A stretch of 32,000 nt of DNA from the NCBI RefSeq assembly GCF_037902255.1, contig NZ_CP147990.1, forward strand, positions 3,750,001-3,782,000. Direction: 5' to 3'. Each line of letters opens with the position of its first letter. Position 1 is the first letter of the stretch. This DNA comes from Candidatus Electrothrix sp. GW3-4. Lineage in GTDB: Bacteria > Desulfobacterota > Desulfobulbia > Desulfobulbales > Desulfobulbaceae. Position numbers and translations under genes: made by a program. Below the pieces are notes generated by a model, which had not been told where the DNA came from, ran no database searches, and saw nothing but the letters and a program-made list of their open reading frames with translations. Below are positions 18,382 through 24,900 of this stretch, piece by piece.

Positions 18382-18948
18382 TCAGGGCACCTGCTCATGA
18401 TCTACATTTTCACTGACAATGTTACGGAACTCGTCCAGGAGCTGATCCATCGTATCAAGAAAGTCATCGACAGATTTCTCCAGGCGCTGTTTTTCCCTGT
18501 CCCTGATACACTGGGTTTTGTAGCGCTCCAGCTTTTGGAAACGCTCGTCAATGTCGCTGAGAAATTCTTCAGAAAGGACATTCAACTGATTGGCAACCTG
18601 CTGATATATCTTTCCGAAATGCTCCATCCGTTGCTGACGTAAACTGGTTTTTCCCGTCACCAGGACATGGTTACAGGCTTCACGGATAGAATGAAGGCGA
18701 GTCTCCATAACCAAGCTCAACGCTTGGCGTCGATGCTTAAATCCAACTGACAGCTCTGCCATTAAATGCTCCCGGACAAGCTGGCGCTCCTGCCTATTAA
18801 AAACCGTGGGGATCATACTGCGGTTATGCCGTCCCATCGTTTTGAGTACCAGTTGTTCGTTATCCTCACCCCGACTGGCAGCCTCTTCCGGCAGCCTTTT
18901 CAGGTAATCATTAACATCTGCTTGTGGTTCTCTATGATCAGAATGCAT
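18382..18948 (-). CDS. Uncharacterised 188-aa all-helical/coiled-coil protein, translationally coupled to cas2
   Basis: Its stop TGA (18384-18382) lies 2 nt from the cas2 ATG (18379). RBS aaggagaaaatATG. Charged heptad-like C-terminal half (ERFQKLERYKTQCIRDREKQRLEKSVDDFLDTMDQLLDEF). I recognise no family. Confidence 0.6.
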   Translation of the reverse strand: MHSDHREPQADVNDYLKRLPEEAASRGEDNEQLVLKTMGRHNRSMIPTVFNRQERQLVREHLMAELSVGFKHRRQALSLVMETRLHSIREACNHVLVTGKTSLRQQRMEHFGKIYQQVANQLNVLSEEFLSDIDERFQKLERYKTQCIRDREKQRLEKSVDDFLDTMDQLLDEFRNIVSENVDHEQVP

Positions 18949-19016
18949 ATTTTCTCCTTACAATTAAATTTGTTGACTCAATGGCTAAAGAATAGCTGTT
19001 TGAGTATTTTTTGCCG

Positions 19017-19036
19017 TTCCCGCAAGGTTGCGAGAA
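19017..19036 (-). promoter_or_regulatory. Inverted-repeat motif TTCcCGCAAggTTGCGaGAA (site 1 of 3)
   Basis: Imperfect 20-bp palindrome ~78 nt upstream of the 188-aa gene ATG. Related copies lie at 20285-20302 and 30224-30240. Confidence 0.45.
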
Positions 19037-19060
19037 AAATTTTACATACGGTGTTGTTGC

Positions 19061-19090
19061 CGTAGGGACACGGCGCGCCGTGCCCCTACG
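19061..19090. repeat. 30-nt near-perfect palindrome (REP-like)
   Basis: cgtagggacacggcgcgccgtgcccctacg with one mismatch. It lies between the membrane-protein gene and the 188-aa gene. Confidence 0.7.
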
Positions 19091-19131
19091 GGAATTGCAA
19101 AATTTTCGGGCAAACCACACAGGGTTCCCCC

Positions 19132-20214
19132 TTACGCAACAGCATTTTTCAGGTGGGCCTCCGCCTCTTTGACCACCCGTTTACCAGCCCTGCGCACCCG
19201 ATGAACAGCAGCCCCGTGCAGCAGATCATCCCGTTCCGCCTCGCCATTGACATGTGCTTTCAGCGTTTCTTTTTCCACAGCCTCCTGATGATGCGCCATA
19301 AAGACCGGAACCACAGCAATGGTCAGCGTGGAAAAGGCCAACATGATTCCGGCTTCCAGCAGGGCAGAAATCAAAATAGAAAACAGAAAGACAAACTGAA
19401 GCGGCAAGAGCGTCCGGTTCCATAAGGACTCAACCACTTGGAGAAAGGCGATGACATGCGGTTCGTTGGCTCGTTTATCCTCTGAATAATCAAGTTCCTG
19501 AATTCCTTTTCGTTCCTGTTCTGTTGCCACTTCTATCGCCTCTCTCTCCTTCCTGAATTCGGCAGCCAACATGGAAGCTGCATCAGCTGCATGCCGATCA
19601 AACTCCATAAGGGCCTGCTGCTGTCCGGTTTTTTCCTGAGCCAGACGCTGTGCAAATTCCTCATATCTGGGGCCTCGAAACGTACCTCGGACCGTGTTGC
19701 CCATTTCCTGAAGCAGGAGAGACTCCAATTGTTGAATACGCTGCCCCCATTGCTCCTGAACAGCCTTTCTTTTTTGTGCCTGGCCTGCTTGGGCAGTGAC
19801 TTTTCGGGCATTGTACAAACGCTCTGCTTCGATAAGACGCTCCTCGTGCCGTTGCTCCACAGCCTCCAGCTCAGCGGTCCGCACTTTCTCCAGACCAGGG
19901 CGATCAAGGCGGGCAGAGAGAAAAAGCATGGAACAAAGCAGGGAAAGGAAGACCAGGCCCAAGCGAAAAAAAAGCGAGATCAGACGAACCGTGGTCGGAT
20001 ACTCGTGGTCGGAAAGATGGTGGAGATAATAATGCCAGATAATGGCTGAGATTTTACCGCATTCCAAGGTAACAGCCAGCAACAGAGCAAGGGGCTGCGG
20101 ACTAAAAAAAGAGCTCAGAACCCGGTATTCAAGAAAGAATGAGCAGACGAAGAGGCCGATACCAACAATAAGTTGCACCAGCCAACTTCCTTTAAAAAAG
20201 ACGGACAAAAACAT
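19132..20214 (-). CDS. Uncharacterised membrane protein: 3 N-terminal TM helices, ~170-aa coiled coil, C-terminal TM hairpin (360 aa)
   Basis: The ORF is 19132..20292. The start is assigned to the ATG at 20214 (MFLSVFFKGSW), preceded by ggaggg. Hydrophobic segments: LVQLIVGIGLFVCSFFL, LALLLAVTLECGKISAIIW, LISLFFRLGLVFLSLLCSMLFL, LQFVFLFSILISALLEAGIMLAFSTLTIAVVPVF. The central region is charged and Q/E/R-rich. No family recognised. Confidence 0.6.
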   Translation of the reverse strand: MFLSVFFKGSWLVQLIVGIGLFVCSFFLEYRVLSSFFSPQPLALLLAVTLECGKISAIIWHYYLHHLSDHEYPTTVRLISLFFRLGLVFLSLLCSMLFLSARLDRPGLEKVRTAELEAVEQRHEERLIEAERLYNARKVTAQAGQAQKRKAVQEQWGQRIQQLESLLLQEMGNTVRGTFRGPRYEEFAQRLAQEKTGQQQALMEFDRHAADAASMLAAEFRKEREAIEVATEQERKGIQELDYSEDKRANEPHVIAFLQVVESLWNRTLLPLQFVFLFSILISALLEAGIMLAFSTLTIAVVPVFMAHHQEAVEKETLKAHVNGEAERDDLLHGAAVHRVRRAGKRVVKEAEAHLKNAVA

Positions 20215-20284
20215 CAGACAACCCTCCAGAGTTGAATAAGAATCTTGAAGGGTGACTATGCCGCAAAAAGGAAAACCCTGCCTG

Positions 20285-20302
20285 TCCGGCAAGGTTGCGG
20301 GA
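20285..20302 (-). promoter_or_regulatory. Inverted-repeat motif (site 2 of 3)
   Basis: tccggcaaggttgcggga, ~79 nt upstream of the ATG at 20214. Confidence 0.4.
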
Positions 20303-20442
20303 TGGAATAACGGGAGAGGGAGGGAAGAAAGGAGGGGGCTGTCAGATCCCCTTTGCTGTGATGAGGGTCTCTAGGCGCGACCGGCGGTAGCCCGGATTTT
20401 TCATGGGCATAAAAAAAAGGCGATCACAAGGACCGCCTCTTC

Positions 20443-20476
20443 GCCTTAAACCCCTCTTCATAGGGTAGGTGTTGAC
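20443..20476 (-). repeat. Solitary degenerate CRISPR repeat (orphan 2)
   Basis: gccttaaacccctcttcatagggtaggtgtt--gac compared with the array repeat has 3 substitutions and a 2-nt deletion. On the minus strand a weak hairpin plus T8 (about 20445-20411) follows it. Confidence 0.75.
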
Positions 20477-20492
20477 AATTTTAACGGCCTGT

Positions 20493-20864
20493 TTACACGG
20501 AATTTATTTTCGCAAGCGTTGCAATGGGTTTTAAACGGGAAATCTTTTTTGCTTCCGGGCTGTTCATGGCGTGCCAAAGATCCCAATCCTGCTGGAGTCC
20601 CAACCAGAAGTCCGCTGACATACCAAGCACCTGAGATAGCCGAAGGGCAGTGGATGGAGTGATTGAACGTCGCTCCTTAAGGATATCAATAAGAGAAGAG
20701 TATGAAACATCCAAACGTCGAGCAAATTCTTTTCTTGTTATACCCAGGGGTTTGATAAACTCCTCGGCAAGCATCTCGCCGGGATGCGTCGGAGGGCGTT
20801 GCCGGGGCAGGCGCCGACCGGCTGGTCTTTCAGTGGTAGTCAGTGATTTCGACTTCGCATGCAT
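20493..20864 (-). CDS. higA: HigA-family HTH antitoxin
   Basis: The ORF is 20493..21083. The start is assigned to the ATG at 20864 (MHAKSKS), which overlaps the higB end by 35 nt. HigA-type block: THPGEMLAEEFIKPLGITRKEFARRLDVSYSSLIDILKERRSITPSTALRLSQVLGMSADFWLGLQ. Confidence 0.8.
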   Translation of the reverse strand: MHAKSKSLTTTERPAGRRLPRQRPPTHPGEMLAEEFIKPLGITRKEFARRLDVSYSSLIDILKERRSITPSTALRLSQVLGMSADFWLGLQQDWDLWHAMNSPEAKKISRLKPIATLAKINSV

Positions 20865-21123
20865 GGCTGTTCTCCCATTGAAAGCAGATTCGATACTGCT
20901 GATTAATTCGTATGCTGTATTGATCATCCCGGTCACCTCTGAGGCGTTCCAGGCGGTTTCCAGGAGGAATCCTGAGTTCACCGATTTCTCTGATTCGGTT
21001 GATTTGATCCAGCTTTCGACGGGCCACAGGCCAAATGGACTTCGGACAGCATTTTCTTGCAGCTCGGGATGCTGAGCCGTCAAAAATATCTTCTGTACCC
21101 GCGTTTTTGAACGACTGTATCAT
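20830..21123 (-). CDS. higB: HigB toxin (RelE/ParE superfamily, 'plasmid maintenance system killer' type)
   Basis: 97 aa. MIQSFKNAGTEDIF ... LRIPPGNRLERLRGDRDDQYSIRINQQYRICF is typical of HigB. A perfect TATAAT box lies on the minus strand at 21135-21130, just upstream. Confidence 0.85.
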   Translation of the reverse strand: MIQSFKNAGTEDIFDGSASRAARKCCPKSIWPVARRKLDQINRIREIGELRIPPGNRLERLRGDRDDQYSIRINQQYRICFQWENSHACEVEITDYH

Positions 21124-21202
21124 AGATCAATTATATCTCATTCCATGACAGGCGTACAGAGTAATTCCTTGTTCTTGTGTTTGACTGATGTTTTTCGTGG
21201 GC

Positions 21203-21231
21203 ACAAAAAAAGGGCGACCGACCGGTCGCCC
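21203..21231 (-). terminator. Intrinsic terminator directly after orphan repeat 3
   Basis: Minus strand reads GGGCGACC-GGTC-GGTCGCCC (8-bp GC stem) followed by TTTTTTT. Confidence 0.6.
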
Positions 21232-21235
21232 TTAC

Positions 21236-21271
21236 ATCTTAATACCCTCTTCATAGGGTAGGTGTTTCAAT
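21236..21271 (-). repeat. Solitary degenerate CRISPR repeat (orphan 3)
   Basis: atcttaataccctcttcatagggtaggtgtttcaat matches the array repeat at 32/36 positions, with the hairpin intact. Confidence 0.85.
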
Positions 21272-21299
21272 AGTTATCAACAAGCTGACGAGTTTCCCG

Positions 21300-21605
21300 T
21301 CAAACTCTTTCTCGCCAGTAATCCGGTTGACGGTGCAGATGCATCACTGCGATGACCTGAATGACAGTTTCTTTGACTCGATAGATGAGTCCGTACGGGA
21401 ATCGGTGAATAATGTAGCGTCTGATACCACTGTCTTTATCAAGCAAAGGCCAGATCTCAGGCGAGTCCCTCACTGTCTCAATGGCCTGATCCACCTCATT
21501 GAGAAACTTTATTCCGAGATTGGTCGCCTGCCTCTCGTACCAGGTGCGAGAATATTCCAGCTCAGGATAGACATCCGGGTGCAGGTCAACGCTGTACTTT
21601 GGCAT
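21300..21605 (-). CDS. RelE/ParE-family toxin
   Basis: The ORF is 21300..21665. The start is assigned to the ATG at 21605 (MPKYSVDLHPDV). The C-terminal RRYIIHRFPYGLIYRVKETVIQVIAVMHLHRQPDYW is ParE/RelE-like. Overlaps the upstream antitoxin by 20 nt. Confidence 0.7.
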   Translation of the reverse strand: MPKYSVDLHPDVYPELEYSRTWYERQATNLGIKFLNEVDQAIETVRDSPEIWPLLDKDSGIRRYIIHRFPYGLIYRVKETVIQVIAVMHLHRQPDYWRERV

Positions 21606-21831
21606 TTCGATACAGGCGTTTTTTGACTTCCTCCCACGGGGTACAGTTAACAGCACCGGAGTCAATATCGTTCAACCGTCTGTCAATCTCCTTTTGCCAC
21701 GCATGCCAAATTTCCCTATCTAGGGGAGCTTCAAGACTGGCAAGCAGGGCCTCTGCTATGTGTGCTCGTTCGGCTTCTGGTCGTTTAAGGGCACTATCCA
21801 GTATTTTCTCCGCAACCGTTATGCTCATCAT
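21586..21831 (-). CDS. Putative addiction-module antitoxin (81 aa)
   Basis: Contains ERAHIAEALLASLE ... WHAWQKEIDRRLNDIDSG ... WEEVKKRL, the pattern of the small 'addiction module component' antitoxins. Coupled to the toxin gene. Confidence 0.65.
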   Translation of the reverse strand: MMSITVAEKILDSALKRPEAERAHIAEALLASLEAPLDREIWHAWQKEIDRRLNDIDSGAVNCTPWEEVKKRLYRNAKVQR

Positions 21832-21842
21832 GTTTCTCCGTT

Positions 21843-21859
21843 TTACATAGTTTATGTAA
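21843..21859 (-). promoter_or_regulatory. Candidate TA operator palindrome
   Basis: ttacata-gtt-tatgtaa, with 7-bp arms, immediately upstream of the RBS (ggaga) of the antitoxin gene. Confidence 0.4.
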
Positions 21860-21912
21860 ATAGTATCATGGTGAGAGATATGCGTAAAGCAAAGATTCAG
21901 ACGGGATTGCGG

Positions 21913-24900
21913 GCTGTAATACCCTCTTCATAGGGTAGGTGTTCCGACAAAGAGCAAGTTGTCAAAGCGCCCCCGTTCTCGGTCTTAATACCCTCTTCAT
22001 AGGGTAGGTGTTCCGACCCACAGAGACAAGCTCAGAGACAAGCTCAGAAAAGTCTTAATACCCTCTTCATAGGGTAGGTGTTCCGACAGACCTGCTGGTG
22101 TAGGAATAACGAGTCAGATCTGTCTTAATACCCTCTTCATAGGGTAGGTGTTCCGACAATGGTTTCGCCCCGTAAGTAATCATAAGGGCGAGACTAAAAC
22201 AACCGTCTTAATACCCTCTTCATAGGGTAGGTGTTCCGACTTACACGTTTTATGTTACGTAGGCTTGCCAATGGTGTCTTAATACCCTCTTCATAGGATA
22301 GGTGTTCCGACGGAGAGAAGGTGCCAGAAGACTATAACTCGTCGGAGGTCTTAATACCCTCTTCATAGGGTAGGTGTTCCGACTTAGCTTGATATTACAA
22401 TTCATCACAACTTTATTAGGTCTTAATACCCTCTTCATAGGGTAGGTGTTCCGACTGAATTCAATTCAGGAGAGCAGTATTTTTATGTCTTAATACCCTC
22501 TTCATAGGGTAGGTGTTCCGACTTAGCTTGATATTACAATTCATCACAACTTTATTAGGTCTTAATACCCTCTTCATAGGGTAGGTGTTCCGACTGAATT
22601 CAATTCAGGAGAGCAGTATTTTTATGTCTTAATACCCTCTTCATAGGGTAGGTGTTCCGACAACAATAATTCCCTCAACCGACCCCCTCGCTTGTCTTAA
22701 TACCCTCTTCATAGGGTAGGTGTTCCGACAAGGGAGATGTTATGAGTGATCGTTAGAAATGGTCTTAATACCCTCTTCATAGGGTAGGTGTTCCGACTGT
22801 TGAATTATGGAGAATACGTTATCTAGTGGGCGTCTTAATACCCTCTTCATAGGGTAGGTGTTCCGACGAAAGGGATGCTTTGAAACGCTTATTACAGGAA
22901 GTCTTAATACCCTCTTCATAGGGTAGGTGTTCCGACAACAAAGGAGTTACTTATGTCATCACTGAACTGAGTCTTAATACCCTCTTCATAGGGTAGGTGT
23001 TCCGACTGGAGCTAAGACCAAAAGGGAGCACAAGCTTATTGTCTTAATACCCTCTTCATAGGGTAGGTGTTCCGACTTATTTGAGACACCTGAATGCAAA
23101 GACCCAGAATGTCTTAATACCCTCTTCATAGGGTAGGTGTTCCGACTGTTTCCAGATGACAACAGAGCATCCTTCTTTGAGTCTTAATACCCTCTTCATA
23201 GGGTAGGTGTTCCGACTGGAGCTAAGACCAAAAGGGAGCACAAGCTTATTGTCTTAATACCCTCTTCATAGGGTAGGTGTTCCGACCTCACAGCGAAAGA
23301 AAGAGGTAAATTTGCAAAGGTCTTAATACCCTCTTCATAGGGTAGGTGTTCCGACAAAAAAGATATTTGCTAAGAACATAATAGTCAAAGCGTCTTAATA
23401 CCCTCTTCATAGGGTAGGTGTTCCGACGCATTCGGTTGTTAACTAATCGCTTGCCTAAAACTCTGTCTTAATACCCTCTTCATAGGGTAGGTGTTCCGAC
23501 TGAAGAGGTTGAACAGGCTCGCCCTGTTCACGGTCTTAATACCCTCTTCATAGGGTAGGTGTTCCGACTATGTCAAAAATGTGAAACAACATGGAAACCG
23601 TCTTAATACCCTCTTCATAGGGTAGGTGTTCCGACCGATTGACGTTTCCAGTGCAACTGTTTTTTGTCTTAATACCCTCTTCATAGGGTAGGTGTTCCGA
23701 CGACACCTCCTCATCGAGGTAGAAGGAGTCTTTTGTCTTAATACCCTCTTCATAGGGTAGGTGTTCCGACGAAAGAAAGTCCCAAATGGGAACAACTGTG
23801 GATGTCTTAATACCCTCTTCATAGGGTAGGTGTTCCGACAGGGGAGGCTGGGAAACGGGTCGCTTTACAGAGGTCTTAATACCCTCTTCATAGGGTAGGT
23901 GTTCCGACAGATCAATCGCGTACAAGGAACAACATCTGCCGTGGCGTCTTAATACCCTCTTCATAGGGTAGGTGTTCCGACTGGTTTACACGCCAGTTGA
24001 GGTTGATGGATCAGTCTTAATACCCTCTTCATAGGGTAGGTGTTCCGACGAGGAACTGCCATATCTAAACGGATGGGGAGTTCGGTCTTAATACCCTCTT
24101 CATAGGGTAGGTGTTCCGACCGCTGTCGCAGTTCAACCAAAACCGCATTGCCGTCTTAATACCCTCTTCATAGGGTAGGTGTTCCGACAAGTAGAAACCG
24201 ATGTAGCAGAAGGAAACTACCCGGTCTTAATACCCTCTTCATAGGGTAGGTGTTCCGACAGGGCTCTTGCTGGGGTCCAGCACATTCCTGTACTTGTCTT
24301 AATACCCTCTTCATAGGGTAGGTGTTCCGACTCTGCCGTCGCCTGTGACAGAAGAAACCGAGAAGTCTTAATACCCTCTTCATAGGGTAGGTGTTCCGAC
24401 GTGAACAAAGGCGGGAAAGGTCATAAAGACGATGTCTTAATACCCTCTTCATAGGGTAGGTGTTCCGACGTTTATATCCCATTTATGGGATGCTATTATC
24501 ACGTCTTAATACCCTCTTCATAGGGTAGGTGTTCCGACGCATATCAATGATCCTGTGGGCAAAGAGATGGCGTCTTAATACCCTCTTCATAGGGTAGGTG
24601 TTCCGACCGAATTATTACTACAATTGGCAAATAAAGAGGGTGTCTTAATACCCTCTTCATAGGGTAGGTGTTCCGACAGGTGAGCTGTACTATACAGATT
24701 GCTTGCCTACTGTCTTAATACCCTCTTCATAGGGTAGGTGTTCCGACAGGGGAATCTCGTGTAGCAGGATGAACTATTGGTCTTAATACCCTCTTCATAG
24801 GGTAGGTGTTCCGACCCAGAGGTCGTGCAGATGGGAGAGCTGGTTGATGTCTTAATACCCTCTTCATAGGGTAGGTGTTCCGACGGCTTGCGGCTCATGC

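Noticed and set aside
10810-21912. Looked for a transposase, integrase, IS ends or target-site duplications that would explain TA insertion at the array ends
   Set aside because: None is recognisable in the ORF track or at the junctions. The only duplicated sequences are the repeat-plus-trailer units themselves.
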